Virus record (IMG/VR): IMGVR_UViG_3300020393_000006
Span: 1-63,334 of that record
DNA: 63,334 nt
DNA from: a virus
Lineage: Duplodnaviria; Caudoviricetes
Direction: 5' to 3' (one strand)
Numbering within the stretch: position 1 is the first letter of the stretch; every line of letters begins with the position of its first letter. Below the pieces are notes generated by a model. It worked only from the letters and a program-made list of their open reading frames with translations. It ran no database searches and was not told the origin of the DNA. Position numbers and translations under genes: made by a program. Positions 27,154 through 37,621 of the stretch are shown here, one piece after another.

Positions 27154-27220
27154 TATTTATAGAAACTATGGCTTACCGGCTATAGTTTTCTTTTATTTAC
27201 CCAGTCCCAAAGGAGATATT

Positions 27221-27487
27221 ATGGTTAATGACCCACGAATACGCCAGTTAGCTGGTATTGAAGCTGCTTTGCGCGCAAACACAGGTGGCTGTCAAAATGC
27301 ACATCCTTGGATTAAACCTCTTTGGTTAGAAGTCCAACGATTACGTAAGGAATTAGAGTCTGCTACAAAAGTAGAAGAAGTTCCGCAAAAAACAGCTACT
27401 GAAATACTAAAAGAAAAAAATGAAGCAAATAAACCTAAACCCCGTGCTTCGAGAAAATCTACTAAGACCAAAACTAAACAAGATTGA
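27221..27487 (+). CDS. Hypothetical protein
   Basis: ATG 27221 after AAGGAG. Confidence 0.7.
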   Translation: MVNDPRIRQLAGIEAALRANTGGCQNAHPWIKPLWLEVQRLRKELESATKVEEVPQKTATEILKEKNEANKPKPRASRKSTKTKTKQD

Positions 27488-27881
27488 AATATGGTTTTGG
27501 GAACAAATGCCTTATGACTATAGGCATTGGTGGATTGGCACATGTAGTAAATTAGCTCATTGTGCTATAGTTCTTGGGGATTGGCAACTAGGAGTACATA
27601 CTACTGGAAATAAATGGGATTATATTCCTGCAACACATCCATGGTATCAATCTCCAGATTATATTGTAAATTGCGGATATACCGCTAATACTTATTTAGA
27701 TTTTATGTATCTAGAAAAAGATAAATTAAAACCATTTTCTATATGGTGGCGTTCTTGTGCTAGATATGGATTAGGTTTTAATATTGATTTAGGTACAGGA
27801 TATTGTACCACAACAGTAAATAATTTTTTATGTTTGCCTAAATCTATTTTAACTGTAGATGATTTATGGGAAGCACTATGA
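27420..27881 (+). CDS. Hypothetical protein (start uncertain)
   Basis: ORF fills the gap; His and Cys spacing (AHCAI…YCTT) loosely resembles permuted papain-like enzymes. Confidence 0.5.
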   Translation: MKQINLNPVLRENLLRPKLNKIEIWFWEQMPYDYRHWWIGTCSKLAHCAIVLGDWQLGVHTTGNKWDYIPATHPWYQSPDYIVNCGYTANTYLDFMYLEKDKLKPFSIWWRSCARYGLGFNIDLGTGYCTTTVNNFLCLPKSILTVDDLWEAL

Positions 27882-28075
27882 AAGAAATTCCAAGAATAGA
27901 GCAAGAGCTTATCGATTGTTTAAATGAACGATTTAAACTAACTGAAGCTCATTTAAAAGAACCTGAATGGGACAGAGCTTTTTTAGCTGGACAACGATCA
28001 GTCATTCAGTTTTTATCTAGTGTTCGGATTGCTCAAGAAGAAAAGAACAAACAATCTATAACAAAAAGGGTATAA
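27878..28075 (+). CDS. Conserved small pre-portal protein
   Basis: AFLAGQRSVIQFL motif typical of podovirus pre-portal ORFs. Confidence 0.6.
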   Translation: MKEIPRIEQELIDCLNERFKLTEAHLKEPEWDRAFLAGQRSVIQFLSSVRIAQEEKNKQSITKRV

Positions 28076-28077
28076 AC

Positions 28078-28401
28078 ATGAAACCTAAAATTGTTCAACC
28101 AACAGCAAGTCCCGGCTTAAGTCAAGCAGAACTTGATGCTCAGCTTGAAGAACAACGATTGCAAGCAGAGAGAGATGCTGCTGGTGCAAAAGCTGCTGCT
28201 GAAGCAAGAGAAAAGAAACGTAAAGAAGAAGAAAAACGTAGAGCTATTGCTAATGCGCAACAAATGGAACTTAAACGAGTTCGAGATCAAAGAGCGCAAA
28301 GGTTTGGAGTTAAACAAGTAGCAGCACAACGACGAGTTGCTCAACAAACTGCTCAATCTGGCGGTGCTTATTCTTCTATTGCTGGAACAGGATATAATTA
28401 A
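28078..28401 (+). CDS. Putative small virion protein (gp7.3-like position)
   Basis: Charged helical ORF coupled to the portal gene. Confidence 0.6.
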   Translation: MKPKIVQPTASPGLSQAELDAQLEEQRLQAERDAAGAKAAAEAREKKRKEEEKRRAIANAQQMELKRVRDQRAQRFGVKQVAAQRRVAQQTAQSGGAYSSIAGTGYN

Positions 28402-30026
28402 TGGCTTATGCAATGTCTGAAAAAAGCATTGCGGATCGATTTTTTGCACTAGATTCTTTACGTAGAGCAAAGTTAGATAGAGCTCGAGGCTGTGCAGCCT
28501 TAACCTTACCTGAACTTCTTCCACCATATGGATGGACAGAAACAGAACAACTAGAGCCTCCATATTCTTCTGTGCCTGCAAGGGGAGTTAACGCTCTTGC
28601 AAGCCGAATGATGTCGGCTCTTCTTCCTCTAAATGATATGCCTTTCTTTCGATTTGGTGTACCATCAGGAGAGTCTTTGGCTCTTGAAGCTAAAGAATAT
28701 TTAGAGTCTTTATCTTATCAGGTGTTTAAAAAATTAACGCAAAAGAATTTAAGAGAAACTATTTATCAAGCATTACAGCAATTACTTGTGCTTGGAGATA
28801 CTCTTATTATTTTAGATGACGACATGACTTTTCGAACTTGTAGATTAGATCATTATGTTGTTCGTCGAGATTATAAAGGCGATGTAATTGAAATCATTTT
28901 CTTAGAGCACACTGCATATTCACATGATGAAAATGCACAGAATCCAGTACGATCTGTTATTCCGGGCTCAAGTATGGTTATGAAAAAAGGCTACGATTGT
29001 TTATATCACCGAGTTATTTGGTTAGATGAAGAGCAAGAGTGGCATCAAACTACAGAGCTAGATGGTAAAATTATTGCTGAGGGAACATATAAGATTTCTC
29101 CACTTATCCCTCTTCGCTGGCAATCTATTGTCGGAGAAAACTATGGGCGTTCACATGTTGAATGCAACATTGGTGATATTAAGTCACTTGAGGCTTACAC
29201 TGCCTCGCTTATTGAAGGACTTGCTGCAGGGTCGTCATTTTGGATGGGTGTTGACCCATCAGGTATTACTGCTCTTGATGACATCGCATCTCAACCTAAT
29301 GGTGCATGGGTTGCAGCTAGACAACAAGATGTTTTTACATTGTCTCCTTCAGCAACCATGAATCCACAAATTCAAGTTACATCTACCGCTGTTGAAAAAA
29401 TGCGACAAGAAGTAGGACGAGCATTTTTAATGTCTGGTGCTGCTATTCCGCAAGGAGATCGTGTTACTGCTACAGCAGTTAGAATGGTGGGTGAAGAACT
29501 TGAGCAAGTTCTTGGGGGAGTTTTCTCTTCTATTGCTCGAGATTTATTACAACCTATTGTTCGCCGTACTTTTTATTTAATGGTAGATAACGAGGAAGTA
29601 GATCCTCGTCTTAAGAAACAATTTGAAGCTGAAGAAGGTGTTCTTTCTGTTGATATTGTTACTGGTCTTCAGGCTCTTAGTCGTGAATCAGATCGGGAAC
29701 GATTGATGCAAATGGGAGAAATGGTTCGTAATCTTCCTTCTAATGCTGTACAAAATTTTAGATGGGATGCATATGCTTCTGCCTTAATTACTGCTCTTGG
29801 TTTTGATCCTCGTAACTGGGTTCGATCTCCAGAAGAAGTAGCTATGGAGCAAGGAGCAGTAGCAGCACAAGAAACAAATGCTGCCTTAGCCCAAACAATG
29901 GCTCAACCAGCAGCCCAAGCTATGGCCCAAGCGGCACAGCCAGCTATAGAAGAAGCTATTAATCAGGCTCCCGAAGAAAATGCAGAAGCAGCTATAGCTG
30001 TTGCTCAGCAAATGATGGGACAATGA
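28401..30026 (+). CDS. Portal / head-to-tail connector (gp8-like)
   Basis: ARGVNALASR, LLPLN, RW…GENYGRS, RVTATAVR, TGLQALSR. Confidence 0.95.
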   Translation: MAYAMSEKSIADRFFALDSLRRAKLDRARGCAALTLPELLPPYGWTETEQLEPPYSSVPARGVNALASRMMSALLPLNDMPFFRFGVPSGESLALEAKEYLESLSYQVFKKLTQKNLRETIYQALQQLLVLGDTLIILDDDMTFRTCRLDHYVVRRDYKGDVIEIIFLEHTAYSHDENAQNPVRSVIPGSSMVMKKGYDCLYHRVIWLDEEQEWHQTTELDGKIIAEGTYKISPLIPLRWQSIVGENYGRSHVECNIGDIKSLEAYTASLIEGLAAGSSFWMGVDPSGITALDDIASQPNGAWVAARQQDVFTLSPSATMNPQIQVTSTAVEKMRQEVGRAFLMSGAAIPQGDRVTATAVRMVGEELEQVLGGVFSSIARDLLQPIVRRTFYLMVDNEEVDPRLKKQFEAEEGVLSVDIVTGLQALSRESDRERLMQMGEMVRNLPSNAVQNFRWDAYASALITALGFDPRNWVRSPEEVAMEQGAVAAQETNAALAQTMAQPAAQAMAQAAQPAIEEAINQAPEENAEAAIAVAQQMMGQ

Positions 30027-30047
30027 ATTAAATTCAAGGAGTAAACA

Positions 30048-31007
30048 ATGACAGAAGAACAAGAAAATGCTGAAGTTGTTTCAGAAGAGCAGGTTTCTAT
30101 TCCTGCTACTGAAGAAACACCAACTCCAGCAGAATCGCAGCTTAGTCAAGAAGCTCAGCAATACTCGTATGAACGAGATATGTTTGTTCGTGGAGCTGAA
30201 GCTAATCAAATGAATTTACCCGGCAACTTTAAAGACTTTGGGGATTACTTCGATAGTCTTAAAGAAGCACAGGGTCAATATACTGCAGCAAGACAAGAGT
30301 TAGCTCAGCTCAAAGCAAATGAAGCTACTCGTTTTGCGACTGGTGAACAACCAGAAATTGAAGTAGAAACAGAAGGATCTTCTGAACTTCCTGAGAATCT
30401 TGAAATTAAGGAACCAGAAGCAGAAGTAGAAGCAGATCCAGAGAATCCTGATGACTACGAAATTTACGAAGTAGGCATGACTGAAGAAGAAAGCATGCAA
30501 TGGACTACTGAGTTTATGGAAACAGGAGAACTTACAGAAGATACAATGAATAGTATTCTTAACTCTTTTCCGGGTGCAACTCCAGAAATGGTTATGACAT
30601 ACTTTGAAGGTATGCGAGCTGTTGATCAAACTTCAATGATGGGCGCTGCTGAAACTGTAGGCGGCGTTGAAAACTTAAATAATATTTTAGCTTGGGCTGG
30701 AGAAAACCTTTCTCCTGCAGAACGAGAAGCAGCTAATGAAGCTCTTTCTGGACCTATGGCTAACTATACACTGATGGGATTGCAAGCTCAGTATCAGAAT
30801 GCTATTTCTAATACTCGGCAGGCGACAGAGCCATCACAAATTCCGGGTAGGGTTGCAACTTCGTCTGCTGCTCAGACTATCCAACCCTATGACAATCGAG
30901 CACAAATGAATGCCGATATGTCTAACCCACAATATTACTCTGATCCGAACTTCCGCAGCTTTGTGGAACAACGGTTACGAATGACCCCTTGGGTCACTGG
31001 CGGATAA
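30048..31007 (+). CDS. Capsid scaffolding protein (gp9-like)
   Basis: Acidic; VGG…WAGENL; M..P.Y..DP.FR..V; lies between portal and capsid genes. Confidence 0.85.
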   Translation: MTEEQENAEVVSEEQVSIPATEETPTPAESQLSQEAQQYSYERDMFVRGAEANQMNLPGNFKDFGDYFDSLKEAQGQYTAARQELAQLKANEATRFATGEQPEIEVETEGSSELPENLEIKEPEAEVEADPENPDDYEIYEVGMTEEESMQWTTEFMETGELTEDTMNSILNSFPGATPEMVMTYFEGMRAVDQTSMMGAAETVGGVENLNNILAWAGENLSPAEREAANEALSGPMANYTLMGLQAQYQNAISNTRQATEPSQIPGRVATSSAAQTIQPYDNRAQMNADMSNPQYYSDPNFRSFVEQRLRMTPWVTGG

Positions 31008-31187
31008 TAATGTTTAGTGGTGAATTCTTATTTAAACGTGACTATGCTAGGCATACTCGAACGGTAGAGTAAGAATAATCCCTAAGAATGCTGACTCCCT
31101 TCGAGGTAATAATCAAGCGCTTAGCATCTAAATAAAATCCCCACATTACTACATTATTTTTAATGCCAATCAAAAGGAAAATTTACT

Positions 31188-32402
31188 ATGGCATACTCAG
31201 GTTCAGGTAGTATTACCTATCCCGATTTACCCCTAACTCGATGGGGTGCTAACAACAGTACTCCACAGACTGGTTACACCGCTGCTATCAGCGATGTCGA
31301 TCTGTGGATCCCAACTTGGTCCGGCGAAGTTATGCACGCTTATGACCAATATAACATTTTTGAGCCTATGGTCGATACTCGTACCATCGTTAATGGAATT
31401 AGCATTGAATTCCCAGTGACCGGCACCATTGCCCTTAAGGACAAGTGGGAAGCTGGTGAAGAGCTGAGCGGTGGCGGATCAACGACTAAGAAATACAGCA
31501 TTTCTTTGGATCGTCGTCCAATCGCTGCTCACTTCGAGCTGGATAACATTGACGTCATGCGTGAGCAGTTCGAGTTCCGATCTGAGCTTGCTCGTCAAGC
31601 TGGTTTGACTCTCGCTAACGAGCGTGACCGTCAAATTGCTCGCTTGATTGTTAAGGCTGCTAAGGCGGCTTCTCGTTTGCCCAATGCTGGTGGAGCAAGT
31701 GGTGTGAATGCTGCTGGTGCAGGTACGGCATACTTCTATGCTGATAGCAACACCGGATCGGCTGAGGTTGATGTTATTTCTGATAACGAAACTGGAGCAT
31801 TGGCTATTCTTTCTGCAATTGAAGCAGAACTGGTTAAGTATCGTGAACTCGATATTCCAGAAGGTGCTTTGATGGTTGCTGTTACGCCAGCCATGTTTAA
31901 CGAAATCCGTCGTTTGGGTATTGCTGAAGCAACGACTGGCTCTAAGCCTTCTGGTCTCGGAAATAACCAAAATGCCCCATACTACGGAACTGTTGGTGGT
32001 GGTGTTTCGGTCCCCGGATTCGAAGGTTCGCTTAACTACATGGGTGCAATGATTGTGGCTACTAACCACCTCCCAAGCACTGACTTTACTACCGGCGATG
32101 CTAACTATCAAGTTGATGGCCGCTTTGTTAAGGCTCTTATGTTCCAGCGTAGCGCTGTTGCTTCCGTGAAGAAGCAAGGTCTTAAGGTTGACTCCGTTGA
32201 AGACGTCCGTCGTAACACCGTGTTTACGGTTGCTTCGATGTACTCTGGTGGTGGCATCTTGCGACCAGAACTTGCTTCGGTTGTTCTTACCGGCGATGGC
32301 GCTGAGAGTGATCCTTTCATTGTTTCGGATATCGATGCTACAGAAGCTAGTAGCAAGGAATTAGGTTACACTCGTAAGGTTTACCTTGGCAACATTGACT
32401 AA
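31188..32402 (+). CDS. Major capsid protein (gp10-like)
   Basis: WSGEV, RTIVNG…FPVTG, LANERD, GILRPE; followed by a terminator. Confidence 0.92.
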   Translation: MAYSGSGSITYPDLPLTRWGANNSTPQTGYTAAISDVDLWIPTWSGEVMHAYDQYNIFEPMVDTRTIVNGISIEFPVTGTIALKDKWEAGEELSGGGSTTKKYSISLDRRPIAAHFELDNIDVMREQFEFRSELARQAGLTLANERDRQIARLIVKAAKAASRLPNAGGASGVNAAGAGTAYFYADSNTGSAEVDVISDNETGALAILSAIEAELVKYRELDIPEGALMVAVTPAMFNEIRRLGIAEATTGSKPSGLGNNQNAPYYGTVGGGVSVPGFEGSLNYMGAMIVATNHLPSTDFTTGDANYQVDGRFVKALMFQRSAVASVKKQGLKVDSVEDVRRNTVFTVASMYSGGGILRPELASVVLTGDGAESDPFIVSDIDATEASSKELGYTRKVYLGNID

Positions 32403-32423
32403 TAAAATTTAATACACACTCGA

Positions 32424-32455
32424 GCCCCCTGCCCTAACGGGTGGGGGGTTTATTT
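32424..32455 (+). terminator. Terminator after the capsid gene (T-phi-like)
   Basis: GCCCCCTGCCC-TAAC-GGGTGGGGGGT followed by TTATTT. Confidence 0.75.
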
Positions 32456-32491
32456 AGACATACAATTTAACCCCAGAAAAGGAGGCCTTAC

Positions 32492-33190
32492 ATGGCCGGT
32501 ATTACGCAACTCGAGGCTATCAACTACATGTTAGTTCAAGCCGGAGAGCAGCCAGTTACGGCTCTCACCGGCACTGGTCTCGGTACAGACACAACCATGT
32601 CTTTATTTATCTTGGATGTTGTAACCAAGGAAGCACAGGAACGTGGTTTAGATGAAAATGTTTACGAGCAAATTGTCCCATTAAACTTAACGGACAATTC
32701 TATTCCTGTGCCTTACAATGCTATTGATGTATACACAAGAGACGAACTTCGTGTTACAGATAGCAGCGGTGAATCTAAAGGTCAGATGAATGTATCTATT
32801 CGTGACCAAAAACTTTACAACGTAACAGAGCAAACCTTTGATTTTTCTGAATATAACACTGGAGACATTGTTACTCAGGGTGGCTTTAGATTGGTCTTTA
32901 AGGTTTACTTAGACTTCGATGATTTGAATCCTACTACTAAACGACTGATCATGGAAGAATCTGCACGACGCTACCAGCTGGCTACCCAAGGGGATCAGGC
33001 AGTTGATAGCATGATGTCGCAGCGAGCTCAGCTGTCTCGTATTAACAGCCGAGCAAATGACTTTAACAATAAAGGTAGAAACCTTTTTGACGGCAGTGAT
33101 CCTCGTAGATTGTTTGCCGTTGATCGTAGGTTCCCTTATTATTATGGTACAGATAACCCAGTAGATTCTGCACGACGAGGACTACGATAA
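32492..33190 (+). CDS. Tail tubular protein A (gp11-like)
   Basis: TQLEAINYMLVQAGEQPV N-terminus; synteny. Confidence 0.88.
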   Translation: MAGITQLEAINYMLVQAGEQPVTALTGTGLGTDTTMSLFILDVVTKEAQERGLDENVYEQIVPLNLTDNSIPVPYNAIDVYTRDELRVTDSSGESKGQMNVSIRDQKLYNVTEQTFDFSEYNTGDIVTQGGFRLVFKVYLDFDDLNPTTKRLIMEESARRYQLATQGDQAVDSMMSQRAQLSRINSRANDFNNKGRNLFDGSDPRRLFAVDRRFPYYYGTDNPVDSARRGLR

Positions 33191-36177
33191 TGGCAGCACA
33201 AAATACTACGATTAAAGTTCCTTCAATGATGGGAGGAGTTAGCAAAAGTTCTCCTTCTAAACGAAGGCCAGATCAAGTAGAAGAAGCAGAAAATGTTTTC
33301 TTATCTGCAGAAGAAGGATTGCAAAAGCGACAAGCTACAAAGTTTATGCCGCTTACAGATGCAACCCTTAAAGGCAAACTTGATATTACTGGAGCTAGTC
33401 CTTCGCATGAGTTAATTTATTATGAGTTTCGATTAGCTAAAAATAAATCGGCATTAATAGTTATTAATGTTTTTGCTTCTACTCCTTCTGATCGTGTTCA
33501 GATTTTTGATGCTACTACTGGAAATAAAAAACCTGAGTGGCTTTCTCTTACAGGCAGTAGTCAAGAAACTTCTTTCTTTAATTACCTTATTGAAGGAAGT
33601 TTACCTCCTCTTGAACGTTTACGTTTAGTTCGTATTAAATCTTCTCTTGCTATTTTAAACGTAGAAGTAGAAGCTAAATTTTTAAATATAAACGAAGGAC
33701 AAGCTTTAGAGTATACTGCTCCTCGAACTACATTGCGTTTTCAAGGTAATGATGGAACTACTTCTACTAAACTATATTTTGAGGGAATTGGTTTATATCC
33801 AAGACCCGGAGTAGTTAGAGGAACAACCGATGACACTGGTAGCCAAGTTGGACAAATAGAATTAAAAAATGAAAGTTTTATTGATTGTGAAGATGCTATC
33901 GGTAGGCCTATTGATCCTGAGGCCAATGTATTAGATGACACTGGTCAAGCTAATATTAAATTTACTGCTTTTGAAAAAAATCATTTTGATTACGATAATC
34001 TAATTAAAGAACCCTCTTCACTTATTGATCGACAACCAAATACCGATACAGGTGTTATGGTTGATACTCAGGATTCTATTGCTGTAAACTTTTTCTTTGA
34101 AGTAGGAGGAGCTCCTGATGCTCCTCGATCTTATGATACTTCTACTACCCATATTGATGGTAAAAAAGAACATCATTTTCCTATATTTAGAACTCCATTT
34201 ATTAGAAACTCTGATCCAGTAAGACAAGCTATGGTTGCTTTGCACTCAAATGGTGTACAAGAAGCTACATGGACGTTTCAGGTTAATGATAACCTTACAC
34301 AAAATCCTGCAGATCGAACAGCAGAACCCCGATTTGGTTCCGCTTTATTTGGATCTCCCCATTTAGGTGATGGTTTTATTTTTGAAGTTAAAAATGCTGT
34401 AGCTGGAGCTCCTCGTGGGTTTTACAGAACTATTGCTACTCCTGCAGGTAATGAATTTTTTAAGACAACGTCTAATGAATTTAAGACAGATAGTAGTGGA
34501 AATATTTTATTTGAAGATCCCGGCGCAGATGGCGGCGAGTCTGTAAATGGAGAAGGACCAGTTGTCTATAAGCCTATTTTCTGTCAACTTTTTCCTAGAA
34601 TTAATTCATCTGATTATTCTCCTCAGTTTAGTGTAAGTCATACAAATGAACTTCCTTTTTATCAAAGAATTAGATCTCCGGAAAAGGGATCTGTTTTAGA
34701 TCGTTCTACTTTTCCGCACTTAATTGCATTTAATAATAAAACAAATCCCAATGAAACTCGATTTGCTATAGGACAACTTCCTTTAACACCACGATTTAAT
34801 GGAGATAATACAACAAATCCGGGTCCTTCTTTTATTGCTAATACTGCTGATCCTTATAGTACAACAGCTCCTACTGGAGCAAAAATTAGTTCTATAGGTT
34901 ATTGGAGAAATAGGCTTTGGTTAGCTTCCGGTACTACTATTGTATCTTCTCAAGCAGGAAATCAATATTCTCTTTTTATTGACGACGCTGATACTCTAAC
35001 CGAAAGAGATCCATTAGATATTTCTCTTTCTGATTCTGATGCTGCTACAATTAACTGGATTGTTCCTTTTGAGCGTTCTTTGTTTTTGGGTACAGATGGT
35101 TCTCAGCAGTTTGTTTTAACGGGATCAGATAACTTTATTTCTCCAACAACAGCAGCGCTAGACTCAACATCTCAACATTCAATTTCTGCTGCTTCTCGTC
35201 CGTTTAAAGTTGGACCATTTTTATTCTTTAGTGATGCAGGACGTTTATTCTTGTATCAGGGTAAAGCAGGAGAAGGTGAAGGTCGTTCTATTGATGTGTC
35301 TAGCCATGTTTTAGGTTACTTCCCTAATAATATTTCTCAATCTGTTTCTGTGCCTGAAGAAGATATTATTTTGTTTAAATCTTCTGATGTTGGCGATGAA
35401 AAAACTATTTATGTTATGCGACGGTATACTACTGATGCTCAAGGAAACTTTGCTAGCGCTTTTTGGAAATGGAAGTTTAGAGAAACCGTAGAAAATTTTT
35501 ATTCTTTTGGTTCTGAAGTTTATGTTATTTTAAAAGACAGCGACAATAAAAGGCAGATTGAAAAACTTCCTATTAGAGCTACTAGTGTAACTGATACATT
35601 ATTAGATGGCCAACAATCTATTACTGGCTCGTATTCGGCAACAACAGGTAAAACAACTTGGACTTTAGATTTTGATCCAACAGAAGCCATTGGCGTATAC
35701 GAAAAGAACAAACAAGCTTTTTCTTCTTTTGATATAACAGTTAATGGAAATCAATGGCTTGTTTCTGTATCTGGAGATTTTTCTGAAGCTCCAACAACTT
35801 TTGGATTTAAATATGATATGGAAGTAGAGCTATCTCCTTTTATTTTACGGGACGGAAATAACGTAACTTCTGATGCTTCTTTGCAAATTAAAGACTTAGC
35901 TACCCGTCACTTTAATACAGGAACATATGAAATTGGTGTTTCTCGTAGAGGTCGATACGAAACTAAAGCTACATTCGATCCATATCGAACTACTAATCCT
36001 TTTATTACAGAGGATGAATCATACTTCCAAGAAAACGGACAAGCACAAGCACGGATTTCAGGATCAGCTGATGACATTAGTATTAAGTTAAAATCAGATG
36101 GTTTTGTTCCAGTTAATATTACAAACGTGGAGGCTAGAGTCACGGCTCAAATTGGGCGTGATACGGCAATTGATTAA
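33190..36177 (+). CDS. Tail tubular protein B (gp12-like)
   Basis: GGVS…Q…GLQKR, PSFI…ISSIGYWRNRL, AFWKW. Confidence 0.88.
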   Translation: MAAQNTTIKVPSMMGGVSKSSPSKRRPDQVEEAENVFLSAEEGLQKRQATKFMPLTDATLKGKLDITGASPSHELIYYEFRLAKNKSALIVINVFASTPSDRVQIFDATTGNKKPEWLSLTGSSQETSFFNYLIEGSLPPLERLRLVRIKSSLAILNVEVEAKFLNINEGQALEYTAPRTTLRFQGNDGTTSTKLYFEGIGLYPRPGVVRGTTDDTGSQVGQIELKNESFIDCEDAIGRPIDPEANVLDDTGQANIKFTAFEKNHFDYDNLIKEPSSLIDRQPNTDTGVMVDTQDSIAVNFFFEVGGAPDAPRSYDTSTTHIDGKKEHHFPIFRTPFIRNSDPVRQAMVALHSNGVQEATWTFQVNDNLTQNPADRTAEPRFGSALFGSPHLGDGFIFEVKNAVAGAPRGFYRTIATPAGNEFFKTTSNEFKTDSSGNILFEDPGADGGESVNGEGPVVYKPIFCQLFPRINSSDYSPQFSVSHTNELPFYQRIRSPEKGSVLDRSTFPHLIAFNNKTNPNETRFAIGQLPLTPRFNGDNTTNPGPSFIANTADPYSTTAPTGAKISSIGYWRNRLWLASGTTIVSSQAGNQYSLFIDDADTLTERDPLDISLSDSDAATINWIVPFERSLFLGTDGSQQFVLTGSDNFISPTTAALDSTSQHSISAASRPFKVGPFLFFSDAGRLFLYQGKAGEGEGRSIDVSSHVLGYFPNNISQSVSVPEEDIILFKSSDVGDEKTIYVMRRYTTDAQGNFASAFWKWKFRETVENFYSFGSEVYVILKDSDNKRQIEKLPIRATSVTDTLLDGQQSITGSYSATTGKTTWTLDFDPTEAIGVYEKNKQAFSSFDITVNGNQWLVSVSGDFSEAPTTFGFKYDMEVELSPFILRDGNNVTSDASLQIKDLATRHFNTGTYEIGVSRRGRYETKATFDPYRTTNPFITEDESYFQENGQAQARISGSADDISIKLKSDGFVPVNITNVEARVTAQIGRDTAID

Positions 36178-37610
36178 TGGGTACGACTACTTCTTATACA
36201 ATTAATGGGAATAATGGACCCACTTATTCCATTGGCAATGCTTTAGACTGGCACAGCAAAGCTCTTATTAAAGATCAATTAAGAGTTGAGCGAGCAACTA
36301 CTGCAGGGCAATTTGTAACACTGACTCTTACTTCAGATTATATTGTAAATGAAGAGTTAGATACTGTAACCTTTCTTGACAGCGAAGGACTTCCACAAAA
36401 CCAAGGAACTGGAGTTGAACTTAGGTTTACTCGAGTAACTAAAGAAGATGGTTTCTATGCTTCTATGGAAGAGCTTGGAGCTGCTTCCGCTTTCTCTGCA
36501 TTATCTAATGATGAACAACTTCAGAATAGAATGCAAGAAGTAGAAGCACGCTTAGATCAAGTTACAGGCGATATTGCCCTAACCTTTAATGGAGATCTTG
36601 TTACTTCTTTAGTAGCAGGTACAGGAATTAGCATGGTAGTTAATTCTGCTGGAGCATTAACTGTTACTAATAGTGGCTCTGGTACTGGCGATTCTGGCAA
36701 TGGCAATGATTTTAATACTGCTACTTTTGATTCGCCTATTGCAACTCAAACTGCCGATTCTAATCCTATTTTAGATTTAACATTTGATACAGCAGGGCTT
36801 CATAATGATGCATCTTTGCTGTCTTATTTAACTACTAATTCTTATGCTACACAAAGTTATGTAAGTGATAATACACTTACGCCTACTCAAGTTACTAATG
36901 AAATTTCTTCTAGGTTAAGTGATTATGAGGTTAAGTCTTTAGCTGCAGGCAATAATATAGGCCTTACTACTGATCCAGATGGAACTGGACAGGTTACTGT
37001 AGCTTACACAGGTCCTAATCCTGTTTCTGTTGCTAACCCAACTGGTGCTATTTTAATGTGGGGTGGACCCATTGCAAACCAAAATGAAGCACCAGATGGA
37101 TATTTGTGGTGTAATGGTAATGCGGTTAGTAGAGCTACCTATTCAGATTTGTTTGATGTTATTGGAACAACTTATGGAGCTGGTGATGAAAGTAGCACAT
37201 TTAATCTTCCAAACATGTTAGGGAATGTTGCTGTTGGTGCTCAAAGCCTTCAGAACTATAACCTAGGAGATACTGGCGGTGAAGCTGAGCATACCCTAGA
37301 AGATAATGAACTCCCTAAGCACAGGCACGCTGACCTTAATGACGATACACGGATTTCTATTAGTACAGAACGTGCTAGCGGCAATTCACAGAATGTATCG
37401 ACAAGTCGGCTGCAACGAGGCAGTCTTGCGTCTAACGTTTCTGGTACAGTAGAGACTAACTTCTACTCCGCCACGCAAGGTGATGGCACTCCGCTATCAA
37501 ACCGTACAGGATCGACTCTCTATCCTGCCACAGGAAGCAGTGCTTTAAACCAAACTAACCTTTCATTAATGCAACCTTATGTTGCTATTAACTACATTAT
37601 TAAAACCTAA
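36177..37610 (+). CDS. Tail fibre with tail-collar domain
   Basis: PTGAILMWGG…PDGYLWCNG…VSRATYSDLF…TFNLP; ends QPYVAINYIIKT. Confidence 0.88.
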   Translation: MGTTTSYTINGNNGPTYSIGNALDWHSKALIKDQLRVERATTAGQFVTLTLTSDYIVNEELDTVTFLDSEGLPQNQGTGVELRFTRVTKEDGFYASMEELGAASAFSALSNDEQLQNRMQEVEARLDQVTGDIALTFNGDLVTSLVAGTGISMVVNSAGALTVTNSGSGTGDSGNGNDFNTATFDSPIATQTADSNPILDLTFDTAGLHNDASLLSYLTTNSYATQSYVSDNTLTPTQVTNEISSRLSDYEVKSLAAGNNIGLTTDPDGTGQVTVAYTGPNPVSVANPTGAILMWGGPIANQNEAPDGYLWCNGNAVSRATYSDLFDVIGTTYGAGDESSTFNLPNMLGNVAVGAQSLQNYNLGDTGGEAEHTLEDNELPKHRHADLNDDTRISISTERASGNSQNVSTSRLQRGSLASNVSGTVETNFYSATQGDGTPLSNRTGSTLYPATGSSALNQTNLSLMQPYVAINYIIKT

Positions 37611-37621
37611 GGAGGACTGAT

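Noticed and set aside
31479-32177. 232-aa antisense ORF within the capsid gene
   Set aside because: Typical antisense shadow of biased codon usage; no RBS or motifs
32340-32460. T7 gp10B-type capsid frameshift extension
   Set aside because: No clear slippery site; tandem stops and a terminator follow immediately
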